DNA from: Vicinamibacterales bacterium
Lineage (GTDB): Bacteria; Acidobacteriota; Vicinamibacteria; Vicinamibacterales; UBA8438
Direction of reading: 5' to 3'
NCBI GenBank assembly: GCA_965204675.1
Contig: OZ242003.1
Location: 5,712,454-5,776,453, forward strand
Length of the DNA stretch: 64,000 nucleotides
Each line of letters opens with the position of its first letter. Positions within the stretch are counted from its first letter, which is position 1. Under the pieces are notes generated by a model. The model had not been told where the DNA came from, did no database searches, and saw only the letters and a program-made list of their open reading frames with translations. This document shows, piece after piece, positions 1 through 10,218 of this stretch. A program made the translations under genes and the position numbers.

Positions 1-2675
1 ACCTGCCGGCGCGTGCCGCCGCCCGGCCGCTTCGGGCGGCCCTTTGCGGCCGCCGGCTTGGCCGTCGGCTGCTCCTCGACCCAGCGGCCGTCGCGGTAGA
101 CGGCGCGCCACCGGGTGGGCCGTCCGCCCTCCTCCGAGGTCACGTACTGCTCGCCCGCCTTCCGCGAGAACCGGATCACGGCGGGCCGCCCCTCGGGGTC
201 CTCGACCGGCGCGTCGAGCAGGTAGCGGAACTTGGGATCGAGCTCGTCGGCGTGCGGCTTCAGCTCCGACACCTTCGGGGCGCGCGTCTCGCGGTGGCGG
301 GGGAAGCCGCTCGCGGCCAGGAACAGGCCGGCCGCCCCGTCGCGCAGCACGTAGTGGTCGTCCACCGTCTCGCACCGCAGCTCGGGCATCGGCACCGGGT
401 CGGCCTTGGGCGGCGCCGGCTCGCCGTTCCGGAGCAGCTTGCGCGTGTTCCTGCACTCGGGGTTCGAGCAGCCGAAGAACTTGCCGAACCGCCCCGACCG
501 CAGGGGCATGTCGGCCCCGCACCGGTCGCACACGATGGTCCGCTCGGGCGCCGCGCCGGTGGCGAACGTCCCCTCCTCGATCTCGTGCCCCGCGCAGTAC
601 GGGTTCTTGCCGCAGACGTGCAGCTTGCGGCGGGCGTCGACGACGTAGCTGTCCATGGCCGTGCCGCACACCGGACAGCGGTGCTTGGCCCGCAACACCC
701 GGCTCTCGCCCTCGTCGTCGCGCTCCGCGTCGGCCGCCTCGTCGGCCGGGGTCAGGTCCATGGTCTCCTTGCAGCGCTCCTTCGGCGGCAGCCCGTATCC
801 CGAGCAACCCAGGAACACGCCGGTGCTGGCCGAGCGGATCTGCATCTTCCGGCCGCAGGCGGGGCAGAGGATCGCCGTCTCCGTCGGCGTGTTCTTCCGC
901 ATGCCCTCGGGCCGGGCCGCGGCCTCGAGCTTGCCGGAGAAATCGCGGTAGAACGTGTCGAGCACCTTGAGCCACTCGCGGTCGCCGGACGCGATCTGGT
1001 CGAGGTCCTGCTCCATGCCCGCGGTGAACGAGTAGTCGAGGAGGTCGGCGAAGCTCTCGACGAGGCGGTCGGTCACGAGCTCGCCGATCTTCTCCGCATA
1101 GAAGCGGCGCTTCTTCAGCGACACGTAGCCCCGGTCCTGGATGGTGGAGATGATCGAGGCGTAGGTCGACGGCCGCCCGATGCCGCGCTTCTCCAGCTCG
1201 CGGACGAGGCTGGCCTCGCTGTACCGCGGCGGCGGCTTGGTGAAGTGCTGCGCGGGCTCCAGCTTCGTGCAGTCGAGCCGCTCGCCCGTCTCGTAGCCGG
1301 GCACCTCGGCGAGGTCGCCCTTGCGGGACGCCGGGGGCAGCACTCTCGTGTAGCCGTCGAACCGGAGCACGCGGCCGCGGACCCGCAGCTCGAACGGGCC
1401 CGCCTCGACCGTCACCGTGGTGCTCAGGTAACGGGCCGGGGGCATCTGGCAGGCGATGAACTGGCGCCGGATCAGGTCGTAGAGGCGGCGGCCGTCGGCG
1501 TCGGCGCCGGACAGGGCCTCGGGGGGCGCCGCCACGTCCGTCGGCCGGATCGCCTCGTGCGCCTCCTGGGCCCCCGCCTTGCTGGCGTACACGTTGGGCC
1601 GCGGCGGCAGGTACTCCGACCCGTAGGCGGCGCCGATGTACTCGCGCACGCCGGTCACCGCCTCGCGCGACAGGGTCGTCGCGTCGGTGCGCATGTAGGT
1701 GATGTGACCGCCCTCGTACAGCCGCTGGGCCAGCGTCATCGTCTTCCGCACCCCGAAGCCGAGGCGGGCCGAGGCGGCCTGCTGCAGGGTCGAGGTGATG
1801 AACGGCGCCCCCGGCCGGGCCGACGTCGGCTTGTTCTCGACCCCCGCGACCGTGAACGCGACCCCGCGGAGGCGCGCGAGGGCGTCGTCCGCCTCCCGCT
1901 TGTTGCGGGGCCGGAAGGTCCCGCCGTCGGCCTTGACGACCTGGAAGCGGCAGCGGTCGCGGCCGCCGGCGCGCGTCAGGTCGGCGAAGACCTCCCAGTA
2001 CTCCTCCGGCTCGAAGGCGCGGATCTCCCGCTCGCGCTCGACCACGAGCCGGACCGCCACCGACTGCACCCGGCCCGCCGACAGCCCGCGGGCCACCTTC
2101 GTCCAGAGCAGGGGGGAGACCTCGAAGCCGACCACGCGGTCGAGGAAGCGCCGCGCCTGCTGCGCGTTCACCCGGTTCTCGTCGATGGCCTTGGGGTGCT
2201 CGAACGCTTCGCGGATGGCGTTGCGGGTGATCTCGTTGAACACCACCCGGCGGAAGCGGGCGGGGTCGCCGCCCATTTCCTGCTGGAGGTGCCAGGCGAT
2301 CGCCTCGCCCTCCCGGTCGAGGTCGGTGGCGAGATAGACGGGCGCGGTCTTGCCGGCCAGCCGCTTGAGCTCGCCGACGACCTTCTCCTTGCCCGGCAGC
2401 ACCTCGTAGGTGGCGCGCCAGCCGTGGTCCGGATCGACGCCCATGCGGCGGACGAGCTGGCGCCGCGCCTGCCGCTCGCGCTCGGCCGGGCTCGTCCGCG
2501 CCCTCGGCTTCCGCCCGCCCGGCGCGGGGCGCCGCTCCCGGGCGCCCCCCTTGCCGCCGACCGGGAGATCCCTGATGTGCCCCACGCTCGACTTGACGAG
2601 GTACTCGGGGCCCAGGTAGCGGTTGATGGTGCGGGCCTTGGCCGGCGACTCGACGATGACCAGGGATCGTGCCAT
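1..2675 (-). CDS. topA: DNA topoisomerase I (C-terminal end runs off the window start)
   Basis: Reverse-strand translation from the ATG at the complement of 2673-2675 reads [38 protein letters not shown], the canonical TopA N-terminus. Further downstream there are zinc-ribbon motifs ([15 protein letters not shown]). It is absent from the ORF track because no stop lies inside the window. Confidence 0.95.
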   Translation of the reverse strand, partial: MARSLVIVESPAKARTINRYLGPEYLVKSSVGHIRDLPVGGKGGARERRPAPGGRKPRARTSPAERERQARRQLVRRMGVDPDHGWRATYEVLPGKEKVVGELKRLAGKTAPVYLATDLDREGEAIAWHLQQEMGGDPARFRRVVFNEITRNAIREAFEHPKAIDENRVNAQQARRFLDRVVGFEVSPLLWTKVARGLSAGRVQSVAVRLVVEREREIRAFEPEEYWEVFADLTRAGGRDRCRFQVVKADGGTFRPRNKREADDALARLRGVAFTVAGVENKPTSARPGAPFITSTLQQAASARLGFGVRKTMTLAQRLYEGGHITYMRTDATTLSREAVTGVREYIGAAYGSEYLPPRPNVYASKAGAQEAHEAIRPTDVAAPPEALSGADADGRRLYDLIRRQFIACQMPPARYLSTTVTVEAGPFELRVRGRVLRFDGYTRVLPPASRKGDLAEVPGYETGERLDCTKLEPAQHFTKPPPRYSEASLVRELEKRGIGRPSTYASIISTIQDRGYVSLKKRRFYAEKIGELVTDRLVESFADLLDYSFTAGMEQDLDQIASGDREWLKVLDTFYRDFSGKLEAAARPEGMRKNTPTETAILCPACGRKMQIRSASTGVFLGCSGYGLPPKERCKETMDLTPADEAADAERDDEGESRVLRAKHRCPVCGTAMDSYVVDARRKLHVCGKNPYCAGHEIEEGTFATGAAPERTIVCDRCGADMPLRSGRFGKFFGCSNPECRNTRKLLRNGEPAPPKADPVPMPELRCETVDDHYVLRDGAAGLFLAASGFPRHRETRAPKVSELKPHADELDPKFRYLLDAPVEDPEGRPAVIRFSRKAGEQYVTSEEGGRPTRWRAVYRDGRWVEEQPTAKPAAAKGRPKRPGGGTRRQ

Positions 2676-2761
2676 GGCTCTACTGTAACGCGACTGCAAC
2701 GCGGACTGTCGAGAGCGCCGCCGCCGCCGGCGCCCCCTTTCCCGCCCGCCGGCGGCGCCCA

Positions 2762-2919
2762 GCCCGCCGATCGTCGCCTCCGGCTCCGCTGGGCGCCCAA
2801 CCAACCCCTGCCGGGAGTCTGCACGGTTCTACGGCGCAGACTCCCGGCGCCTCAAGCCCCGCCCTCCATCGCCCGCGGCGCCGCTCGGCCCGCGACCAGC
2901 CGCTCCGGACGCTCGGGAG
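2762..2919 (-). repeat. Dispersed hairpin repeat family, about 1.7 units, filling the dprA-topA intergenic gap
   Basis: gcccgccgatcgtcgcctccggctccgctgggcgcccaaccaacccctgccgggagtctgcacggttctacggcgcagactccc is the reverse complement of the unit seen at 23481 and 45795. A second, degraded unit follows. Confidence 0.8.
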
Positions 2920-2929
2920 CAGCGGCCCC

Positions 2930-4048
2930 CTAAGTTACCATCCCGGCCCGCACGAACCGGCCGGCGCCGGCGCGGGCAATCCGCCCCCGGAGCTCCAGGT
3001 CCGTGAGCCGGGCGAGCAGCGACGCGCTGTCGAGGCCGCTGCGGGCGGCGAGGTCGTCGACGTCGTAGACCTCTCCCGCGTCCATGTGGCGCAGGACGGG
3101 GTCCGGCGCGTCACCGGATCCGGCGTCCTCCCGAGGCCCCGCCCCACCGGCCGCTCCCGCCGCACCGCCCACCGGGAGGCCCAACTCCTCGACGACGTCG
3201 TCCGCGGTCTCGACGATCCGGGCGCCGTCCTTGAGCAGGGCATGGGCCCCGCGGTTCCGGCCCGTCAGCACGTTCCCCGGCACCGCCATCACGTCGCGAC
3301 CCTGCTCGAGCGCGAGCCGGGCGGTGATCAGCGATCCGCTACGCTCGGAGGCCTCCACCACGACCACCGCCCGGGACAGGCCGCTGATGAGGCGATTGCG
3401 CAACGGGAAATAGGCCGGACGCGGGGTGGTCGCCGGTGGAAGCTCGCTCACGAGCAGGCCGCGCACGGCAATCTCGTCCGCGAGGCCCGCGTGCTCGGGC
3501 GGATACACGACGTCGACGCCGGACCCGAGCACCGCGATCGTCCGCCCGCCCGCCGCGAGCACGCCCCGATGCGCGGCGGAATCGACCCCTCGCGCCAGCC
3601 CGCTGACCACGGAGACGCCCCGCGCCGCCAGATCGGCCCCGAGGCCGCGGCTGACCTCGCAGGCATAGGCCGTCCCGGCGCGGGAGCCGACGACCGCGAC
3701 CGCGGTTGCGTTCAGGGCGGTCAGGTCGCCGCGGAGCCACAGGACCGGGGGCGGGTCCGCGATGGCGGCCAGCGGCGCCGGATACCGCGGGTCCGGCCAG
3801 GGCACGGCCTCGATACCGAAGGCCGTCGCCGCGGCCATCGCGGCCCCGGCCCGGTCGCGCGCCGCCGACAGGCGCCCGGGGCTCGCCAACCGGGGAGCGA
3901 TTCCCGCGACCACGGCAGGGAGCGCGGCATCGGGCTCGCGTCCGAGCCGGGCCGCGCCGTGCGGGTCCGAGAGCCAGCTCGCGATGGCGCGGCGACCGCG
4001 GCCGCGCCACCAGAGCATGGCCAGGGCGACCCAGTCGTCGAGCGTCAT
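2930..4048 (-). CDS. dprA: DNA processing protein DprA/Smf
   Basis: Motifs AVVGSRAGTAYACEVSRGLGADLAARGVSVVSGLARGVDSAAHRG and FPLRNRLISGLSRAVVVVEASERSGSLITA. I chose the internal ATG at 4048 (MTLDDW); the upstream part of ORF 2930..4405 is Arg-rich junk. Confidence 0.9.
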   Translation of the reverse strand: MTLDDWVALAMLWWRGRGRRAIASWLSDPHGAARLGREPDAALPAVVAGIAPRLASPGRLSAARDRAGAAMAAATAFGIEAVPWPDPRYPAPLAAIADPPPVLWLRGDLTALNATAVAVVGSRAGTAYACEVSRGLGADLAARGVSVVSGLARGVDSAAHRGVLAAGGRTIAVLGSGVDVVYPPEHAGLADEIAVRGLLVSELPPATTPRPAYFPLRNRLISGLSRAVVVVEASERSGSLITARLALEQGRDVMAVPGNVLTGRNRGAHALLKDGARIVETADDVVEELGLPVGGAAGAAGGAGPREDAGSGDAPDPVLRHMDAGEVYDVDDLAARSGLDSASLLARLTDLELRGRIARAGAGRFVRAGMVT

Positions 4049-4341
4049 CGTCCTCGCCTCCCGGGGCCGCGGTGGCGCGGCCCTGCGGATCGCGCCGCGA
4101 GCGACCCCACCGGGTAGCGCACGACGGCACCGCTGAAACAGCGTTGATCTGAGGAGACGCCCGGACGGATCCGCCCGGCGAACGGCACCCCGACCGCGTT
4201 CAACGCGCAACCGGCGTGCCCGACCTGTTCCGCAGTATACCGCGGGGCCGCCTTGCCGCGCAGGCCCCCCGCGTTTCGAGCCTCCTCCCGCCCTCAGGCT
4301 TGCGCCGACGATGGACGACTGGCTATAGTGGATTCGAGCGG

Positions 4342-4692
4342 ATGCGAACGACACTTGCCGTACTGACCCTCGTCGTAGCCTGCGGCGCAACCGCGCCCGG
4401 CGCACAGGACCGGTCGGAGGCGCAGGCGCAGGTCGATTTCGGCATCGAGGTGGCCCGGCGCGGCCTCTGGAACGAGGCCATCTTCCGCTGGGAACGCGCC
4501 GTCGACATCGATCCGACCTACGCCGAGGCCTGGAACAACCTGGCCATCGCCTTCGAGCAGCAGGGACTCCTGGACCAGGCGCGCGAGGCCTACGAGACCG
4601 CCCTCGACCTCGCTCCCGACAACCTGGCCATCGAGCAGAACTACGACCTTTTCCTGGAAGTGAGTGACCGTGTCAGCCAAAGCTCTCGCTAG
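4342..4692 (+). CDS. TPR-repeat lipoprotein
   Basis: MRTTLAVLTLVVACGA signal with a lipobox Cys, followed by TPR-like AEAWNNLAIAFEQQGLLDQAREAYETALDLAPDN. Start taken at ATG 4342 rather than the ORF-track 4216. Confidence 0.7.
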   Translation: MRTTLAVLTLVVACGATAPGAQDRSEAQAQVDFGIEVARRGLWNEAIFRWERAVDIDPTYAEAWNNLAIAFEQQGLLDQAREAYETALDLAPDNLAIEQNYDLFLEVSDRVSQSSR

Positions 4693-5458
4693 TCTCGGTT
4701 GTGTCGGGCTGCTCGCCGGGTGCACCTCGTTCTACGACGTCGCCATCGAGACGCCGCTGACGCCGAAGCTGGACATCTCGAGGTTCCAGCGGGTGCTGAT
4801 CGCCGGCTTCGTCTCCGGCGGCTCGGAGGACGTCGACGCCAACCTCGAGACGGCCCGGCTGCTCCGCAGCCAGCTCCGCCGCAACTCGGACCTGCAGGTC
4901 GTCGACGCCGACGTCCTGCCGCTGCTCGAGATCGCGGCCGATCACGGGGGCGGGCCGGAGCCGCGCGGCGACTCCGCCGAGCCGGCGGAAGGGTCCGACG
5001 ACGTCGAGCCCATCGAGGACGACGACTCGATGAGCGAAGAGGATCTGGAGAGCTACGAGACGATCTTCGCCAACATCGGGTTCTGGCGCGACCTCGGCGA
5101 GGAGTACCAGGATCCGCTCATCCTGACCGGCACCATCTACTTCTCTCCGCACGCCCGTTCGGGCATGGTGACGAACCAGCGAGAGGTCTACGACTCGTTC
5201 GGGCGCCGCCGCACCGTGCCCGTGCGCACCTATCGCGACCGCCGCGGCTTCGTCCTGAGCCCGAAGTTCATCTTCATCGACGGCTCCAACGGAACCACGC
5301 TCTACACCGAGCGCCACCGCGAGGAGATCCTCTACGACGCGTCGCAGAACACGCCCGCCCTGTCGTCCTACTTCGAGCTGATGGACCGGCTGCTGCCGTC
5401 CGTGCTCGGGGCGTTCAGCACGCAGAGCGTACGGGGAACCCGCACCCTCCTCCGCTGA
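4664..5458 (+). CDS. Hypothetical lipoprotein with an acidic linker
   Basis: N-terminal [10 protein letters not shown] lipobox and non-biased composition ([24 protein letters not shown]). GTG start at 4664 or 4670; it overlaps the upstream gene end. Confidence 0.65.
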   Translation: MTVSAKALASLGCVGLLAGCTSFYDVAIETPLTPKLDISRFQRVLIAGFVSGGSEDVDANLETARLLRSQLRRNSDLQVVDADVLPLLEIAADHGGGPEPRGDSAEPAEGSDDVEPIEDDDSMSEEDLESYETIFANIGFWRDLGEEYQDPLILTGTIYFSPHARSGMVTNQREVYDSFGRRRTVPVRTYRDRRGFVLSPKFIFIDGSNGTTLYTERHREEILYDASQNTPALSSYFELMDRLLPSVLGAFSTQSVRGTRTLLR

Positions 5459-5549
5459 CGCGGCTTTACAGGCGCGCCGGTCGCGAGTACCCTGGATCGC
5501 TGTACGAGGCGCCGAGCGCCTCCTCATACGCAACGAAAGGTCCAAGCGC

Positions 5550-5870
5550 GTGTACGCCATCATTCAGGCCTCCGGACACCAGTACAGGGTGGAGCCGGGG
5601 CAGGTTCTCGATATCGACCGGATCGGCCAGGAGCCCGGGGAGACGGTCACGTTCGACCAGGTGCTGCTGGTGGGCCGGGACGACGGCTCGGTCGCCGCCG
5701 GCAACCCCACCGTTCCCGGAGCGACGGTCACCGGGTTCGTCGACGCTCACGACCGCGGCTCGAAGATCCGGGTGTTCAGGCACAAGCGGCGCAAGGGGAT
5801 GCGGCGCACGCGCGGACATCGCGCCGACCTCACCCGGGTCCGCATCAGCGACATCTCCGATTCCGACTGA
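5550..5870 (+). CDS. rplU: 50S ribosomal protein L21
   Basis: [25 protein letters not shown]... [20 protein letters not shown] is the typical L21 sequence. Confidence 0.97.
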   Translation: MYAIIQASGHQYRVEPGQVLDIDRIGQEPGETVTFDQVLLVGRDDGSVAAGNPTVPGATVTGFVDAHDRGSKIRVFRHKRRKGMRRTRGHRADLTRVRISDISDSD

Positions 5871-5877
5871 GGCAGTC

Positions 5878-6144
5878 ATGGCGCACAAGAAGGGACAAGG
5901 CAGCTCGCGAAACGGCCGTGACAGCAATGCCCAGCGTCTGGGAGTGAAGCGCTTCGACGGCAACATCGTCACCGGGGGCTCGATCCTGGTGAGGCAACGC
6001 GGACAGCGGTTCCGCCCGGGCCTCAACGTCGGCATCGGCAAGGACGACACGCTCTTCGCCAAGATCGCCGGCCGCGTGCGATTCGAGGATCACGGCGGCC
6101 GGGGACGGGCCATCAGCGTGTTGCCACTGGAGTCCGCTCCGTAG
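5878..6144 (+). CDS. rpmA: 50S ribosomal protein L27
   Basis: [61 protein letters not shown]. It is in frame inside track ORF 4699..6144, with the ATG at 5878. Confidence 0.97.
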   Translation: MAHKKGQGSSRNGRDSNAQRLGVKRFDGNIVTGGSILVRQRGQRFRPGLNVGIGKDDTLFAKIAGRVRFEDHGGRGRAISVLPLESAP

Positions 6145-6211
6145 GAACGGCGCGGACTCCCGCAGGGTCCGGTCGGACGCCCGGCGGAGCCGCGGGCGGC
6201 GATGGGCGGGC
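6129..6211 (+). repeat. Dispersed hairpin repeat unit overlapping the rpmA stop codon
   Basis: ggagtccgctccg-TAGgaa-cggcgcggactcc followed by cgcagggtccggtcggacgcccggcggagccgcgggcggcgatgggcgggc. The rpmA TAG (6142-6144) lies in the hairpin loop. Confidence 0.8.
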
Positions 6212-6287
6212 TCGGGGTCGGCGTCCTGCCGCCCCCCGAACGCGGGCACTAGCAGAGCGGCCGCCGCGAATCCGTACTCCTTCAGGC

Positions 6288-7514
6288 ATGTTCGTCGACG
6301 AGGTCGACATCCACGTGACCGCCGGGGACGGCGGGCACGGCTGCCTGAGCTTTCGTCGCGAGAAGTCGGCGCCCCGGGGTGGACCCGACGGCGGTGACGG
6401 CGGCGACGGCGGCTCGGTCTACCTGGTCGCCAGCCCCCACCTGAACACGCTCGTCAACTACCGTTTCCATCCGACCTACTCCGCAAAGCGCGGCGCCCAC
6501 GGCAGCGGGTCGACCCGTACGGGCCGCAACGGCCGGGACCTCCGGCTCGAGGTCCCGCCGGGCACCGTCGCGTTCGAGCACCGTGACGACGCGTTCGTGG
6601 AGCTGGCGGACCTCGTCGAGCCGGGTCAGCGCGTGATCGTGGCCCGCGGGGGCCGCGGGGGCCGCGGCAACCGGCGCTTCGTCAGCGCGACCAATCAGGC
6701 CCCGCGGCGCACCGAGCCGGGCCGGCCGGGAGAGCAGCGGCAACTCCGGCTCCAGCTCAAGCTTCTCGCCGACGTGGGGCTGGTGGGCTTCCCGAACGCC
6801 GGGAAGTCGACGCTCATCGCCCGCATCTCGGCCGCGCGGCCGAAGATCGCGGACTATCCCTTCACCACCTTGAGCCCCAACCTCGGCGTGGTCGACCTCG
6901 GCGACGACCGGAGCTTCGTGGTCGCCGACGTGCCCGGCCTGATCGCGGGCGCCCACGTCGGGCACGGCCTCGGGGACCGGTTCCTGGCGCACCTCGAGCG
7001 CACCCGCGTCCTCGTGCACCTGGTCGACGTCTCGTCGCTCAGCGGACGGGACCCGTGCGAGGACTTCGAGGTCGTCCGCCGCGAGCTGGCCTCCTTCCGC
7101 GAGGACGGTGTCGGCGTCGGGATTCGCGGACGATTGTCGGACAAGCCCCAGGTCGTCGTGGCCAACAAGGTCGACGCGCTCGACGAACCCGACCGGCTCG
7201 AACGGCTCCGCGCCCACGCGCGGCGCGGTGGAATCGACTTCCACGCGATCTCCGGGGTCACCGGAGAGGGAGTCGCCGGTCTTCTCGAGGCCGTCTGGGC
7301 CCGCTTCCGCGACTCCGACCGCGAAGCCGCGACCCGGAGCCCGCGCGGCAGCGCGGGGCGGCCTCCCGGAGGGTCGGTCGAGCGCCGGACGGAGCCGTCA
7401 GGCGACGATTGGCGGGGCAGGAGTCCGCGCCGTGGAACGGGGCGGGGCCCCGGGGAGTCGGCCGGGCGCCGGGCGGAACCGTCGGGCGACGACAGGCGGG
7501 CCAAGCCCGAATGA
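6288..7514 (+). CDS. obg: GTPase Obg/CgtA with a repeat-derived low-complexity C-terminal tail
   Basis: [46 protein letters not shown] and ANKVD motifs. The frame stays open through the repeat units to the TGA at 7512-7514, overlapping the nadD ATG. Confidence 0.95.
   Translation: MFVDEVDIHVTAGDGGHGCLSFRREKSAPRGGPDGGDGGDGGSVYLVASPHLNTLVNYRFHPTYSAKRGAHGSGSTRTGRNGRDLRLEVPPGTVAFEHRDDAFVELADLVEPGQRVIVARGGRGGRGNRRFVSATNQAPRRTEPGRPGEQRQLRLQLKLLADVGLVGFPNAGKSTLIARISAARPKIADYPFTTLSPNLGVVDLGDDRSFVVADVPGLIAGAHVGHGLGDRFLAHLERTRVLVHLVDVSSLSGRDPCEDFEVVRRELASFREDGVGVGIRGRLSDKPQVVVANKVDALDEPDRLERLRAHARRGGIDFHAISGVTGEGVAGLLEAVWARFRDSDREAATRSPRGSAGRPPGGSVERRTEPSGDDWRGRSPRRGTGRGPGESAGRRAEPSGDDRRAKPE
7336..7502 (+). 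repeat. Two tandem units of the dispersed hairpin repeat inside the obg 3-prime coding region
   Basis: Unit 1 is 7336-7417 (ggagcccgcgcggcagcgcggggcggcctcccggagggtcggtcgagcgccggacggagccgtcaggcgacgattggcgggg). Unit 2 is 7418-7502 (caggagtccgcgccgtggaacgggg...ggcgacgacaggcgggcc). Confidence 0.8.
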
Positions 7515-8206
7515 GCGAGACAGCCCTGCGCACCGGCATCCTGGGCGGGCGATTCGACCCCGTTCACCGCGGTCACCTCGCCGCCGCGGCGGCGGCGCGG
7601 CGGCTTCTGCACCTCGACCGCGTGCTCATGCTGCCCTCCCGGCTCTCGCCCCACCGGAAGCAACCCGCCCGGGCCGGCGACGCCGACCGGCTGGCCATGG
7701 TGGCCCTCGCCGTGCAGGACGAACCGTTCCTGGAGCCGTGCGACCTGGAGCTGAAAGCCGACGGGCCCTCCTACACCGCAACCACCCTGCGCCGGCTCCA
7801 CGAGCGCGGGCATCCCCGCACGTCCCTGTACTTCATCGTCGGGGCCGATGCCTTCGCCGACATCGCCGCCTGGCACGACTATCCGCGCCTGCTCGACGCC
7901 GCCCACTTCGTGGTCGTCTCCCGTCCGGGATACCCTGCGGCGTCGCTCGCCGATGCCCTCCCGGCGGTGCGGCCGCGCCTGCGGGTCGTCGCGAACGACA
8001 CGGAACCGCCTGCGGAAGAGACCCTCCGCGCGCCGGTCGTGTTCCTGATCGGCGGCGACACGCCGGACATCTCGTCGAGCGACATCCGCACGCGTCTGGC
8101 GAACGGAGACGCGCTGGAGGAACGCGTGCCCGCGGCGGTGGCCGCGTACATCGACCGCCGGCGGCTTTACACGCGCGAACCGCTGGCAAGAGAGTTGCAT
8201 GACTGA
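7511..8206 (+). CDS. nadD: Nicotinate-nucleotide adenylyltransferase
   Basis: [23 protein letters not shown] (the GxFxPxHxGH motif) and [10 protein letters not shown] near the C-terminus. ATG at 7511, in frame within track ORF 7055..8206. Confidence 0.9.
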   Translation: MSETALRTGILGGRFDPVHRGHLAAAAAARRLLHLDRVLMLPSRLSPHRKQPARAGDADRLAMVALAVQDEPFLEPCDLELKADGPSYTATTLRRLHERGHPRTSLYFIVGADAFADIAAWHDYPRLLDAAHFVVVSRPGYPAASLADALPAVRPRLRVVANDTEPPAEETLRAPVVFLIGGDTPDISSSDIRTRLANGDALEERVPAAVAAYIDRRRLYTREPLARELHD

Positions 8207-8576
8207 CCACGAGGCGGCTTCGCCCGGGACGGCGGCGGAATCGCTGCCGGAACCGCTGCTCGATGCGGTCGAAGCGGCGCGAGACCGGAAGGCGGACGAC
8301 CTGCTGGTCCTCGACCTGCGCGAGTCCGACGCCTTCACCGACCATTTCCTGATCTGCTCGGGCCACAGCCCCCGGCAGGTCACCGCGATAGTCGACGGCA
8401 TACTCGCCAGGCTCAAGGCGGTCGGCGTGCGGCCTTCGAGCGTCGAGGGCTACACGGAAGCCAACTGGGTGCTGATCGACTGCTTCGACTTCATCGTCCA
8501 TGTGTTCACCCCGGACACCCGACGCTTCTACGCGCTCGAGCGGCTCTGGGGCAACGCCGTCCGCCGCGAGTTGTAG
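8199..8576 (+). CDS. rsfS: Ribosome silencing factor RsfS (iojap family)
   Basis: KADDLLVLDLRESDAFTDHFLICSGHSPRQVTAIVDGI ... WVLIDCFDFIVHVFTPDTRRFYALERLW is the typical RsfS sequence. It sits in the conserved position after nadD. Confidence 0.9.
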   Translation: MTDHEAASPGTAAESLPEPLLDAVEAARDRKADDLLVLDLRESDAFTDHFLICSGHSPRQVTAIVDGILARLKAVGVRPSSVEGYTEANWVLIDCFDFIVHVFTPDTRRFYALERLWGNAVRREL

Positions 8577-9402
8577 CCGTGCGCCGGCGGGGCCGGCGCC
8601 CCGCCCCGGGGTCGCCCGGGACACGGCGCGGGTCGCGCGCCGCCTGGCAGAGGCGGGGCGGCAGGGCCTGGACGCCCTGCTCGCGGTGCTCCTGGCCCCG
8701 GACTGCGCGGCGTGCGGGACCGTCCTCGCCGCGCCCACGCGGGGGCCGGTCTGCGCGGCGTGCTGGCGGGCCGTGCCCCGCATCACCCCGCCCGTCTGCG
8801 ACCGCTGCGGCGATCCGCTGCCCGCCGGGCAGGCCGCGGCCCCGCCGCCGGCGCGCTGCCGCCGCTGCCGGCAGCCGCACGCGCTGATAGCCCGTCGACG
8901 GGCGGCCGGGCCCTACGAGGGCATCCTCCGCCGCCTCGTGCACGCCTTCAAGTACGAGCAGCGGCACGCCCTCGCGCCTCGTCTCGGGGGGCTGATGCGG
9001 GAGTCCGGGGCGGGCATGCTGGGCGGCGTCGACTGCGTGGTGGCGGTCCCGCTGCACCCGCGGCGGCACCGGACGCGGGGCTTCAATCAGGCGGCGGAGC
9101 TGGCCGTCCAGCTCGGCCTCCCGGTCGTCGGCGCCCTGCGGCGCATCCGGGCCACCGCGCCGCAGACGGAGCTGCCGGCGAGCCGGCGGCGCGTCAACGT
9201 GCGGGGGGCCTTCGCCCCGGCCCGGCGCTTCGGGGTCCGGTCGGGCGGGGCGGCGGTCGAGGGAGCCTGCGTGCTGCTCGTCGACGACGTCACCACCACC
9301 GGGGCGACGCTCGACGCCTGCGCCCGCGTGCTGCGGCGCGCCGGGGCTCGCGAGGTGCGGGCGCTCACGCTGGCGCGAGCCGTCCACCGAGCGCGGACAT
9401 GA
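8500..9402 (+). CDS. ComF family protein (phosphoribosyltransferase-like); start uncertain
   Basis: Zinc-finger-like CAACG...CAACW...CDRCG...CRRC, then VPLHPRRHRTRGFNQAAEL and VLLVDDVTTTGATL (PRTase motif). ATG 8500 overlaps rsfS by 77 nt; a later GTG/CTG start is possible. Confidence 0.8.
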   Translation: MCSPRTPDASTRSSGSGATPSAASCSRAPAGPAPRPGVARDTARVARRLAEAGRQGLDALLAVLLAPDCAACGTVLAAPTRGPVCAACWRAVPRITPPVCDRCGDPLPAGQAAAPPPARCRRCRQPHALIARRRAAGPYEGILRRLVHAFKYEQRHALAPRLGGLMRESGAGMLGGVDCVVAVPLHPRRHRTRGFNQAAELAVQLGLPVVGALRRIRATAPQTELPASRRRVNVRGAFAPARRFGVRSGGAAVEGACVLLVDDVTTTGATLDACARVLRRAGAREVRALTLARAVHRART

Positions 9403-9955
9403 TCTCGTCCGCGACATCGGCCCTGGCGCGGCTGCCGTCCACCCGGATCCAGCCGTCGTGCTCCGCCTGGCGCAGATAGCTGGCCCGGACCCGGGTGAGG
9501 AGCGCGAGGTCGCGCTCGTAACGGTCGAGCCCGATCGACTTCCGGGTCGCGGCGAGCTCGGGGGGGATGTCGAGGAGAAACGTCACGTCGGGGGGCGGAA
9601 GAAACCGCTGCATGTCGTCGAGCCACCCGACGTCGAGGTCCTGCGCTTCGCCGTAGGCCACGCTCGAGGCGACGTACCGGTCGCAGATCACGATGATCCC
9701 CGCATCGAGCCAACGCTGCAGGTCCGCCTTGCGCTCGTAGCGGTTGGCGACGTAGAGGAGCTGCATGACGTCGGGGCCGTAGTCGCGCTCCCCCTGCAGC
9801 GCGCGGGCAATCTCCTCCCCGATGGAGGTGCCGTAGTCGGGGAAGGACTCGAGGCGCGCCCGCCGGCCGTCGGCCCGCAGCCCGTCGCGCAGGAGCTGCC
9901 CCTGCGTCTCCTTCCCCGCCTGATCGAGTCCCTCCAGCGCAATCAACATCGGCAC
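9365..9955 (-). CDS. tmk: Thymidylate kinase
   Basis: MPMLIALEGLDQAGKETQ (P-loop-like), ICDRYVASSVAYG and LDIPPELAATR motifs. Confidence 0.9.
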   Translation of the reverse strand: MPMLIALEGLDQAGKETQGQLLRDGLRADGRRARLESFPDYGTSIGEEIARALQGERDYGPDVMQLLYVANRYERKADLQRWLDAGIIVICDRYVASSVAYGEAQDLDVGWLDDMQRFLPPPDVTFLLDIPPELAATRKSIGLDRYERDLALLTRVRASYLRQAEHDGWIRVDGSRARADVADEIMSALGGRLAPA

Positions 9956-9977
9956 GTCTCCCAGCCGCCATTACGTC

Positions 9978-10218
9978 GCCCAACCGCCATCGTCGCCTGG
10001 AGCCCGACCCACCTCCAGGAGCCCACGCCGTTCCCACGGCGACTCCTGGCCCGTCAATCGTCGCCCGACGGCTCCGCCCGGCGCCCGACCGGCCCTCCAG
10101 TGAGTCTGCGCCTCCTCCGGAGGCGGCGCCGTTCCACGGCGACTCCCGGCCCGCCAATCCGCCGGTGAGTCTGCGCCTCCTCCGGAGGCGGGCGCCGTTC
10201 TACGGCACCGACTCCCGG
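9978..10218 (-). repeat. Three contiguous units of the dispersed hairpin repeat (variant with a nested palindrome), between lysA and tmk
   Basis: Units are at about 9978-10048, 10049-10148 and 10149-10218. Each starts (plus strand) with gcccNNcaatcg/gcccaaccgccatcg and ends with cggcgactccNg. Units 2 and 3 carry the extra palindrome gcgcctcctccggaggcg. The last unit contains the lysA stop. Confidence 0.8.

Noticed and set aside
252-2933. 893-aa plus-strand ORF covering the topA region
   Set aside because: It is antisense to a clearly recognisable topA. The translation is an Arg/Ala/Gly/Leu/Pro-rich low-complexity string, typical of off-frame ORFs in high-GC DNA.
9978-10218. Possible CRISPR array, suggested by three consecutive repeat units
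   Set aside because: The units abut each other without unique spacers. They are 70-100 bp long and of variable length, they belong to the dispersed family seen singly elsewhere, and no cas genes are present.
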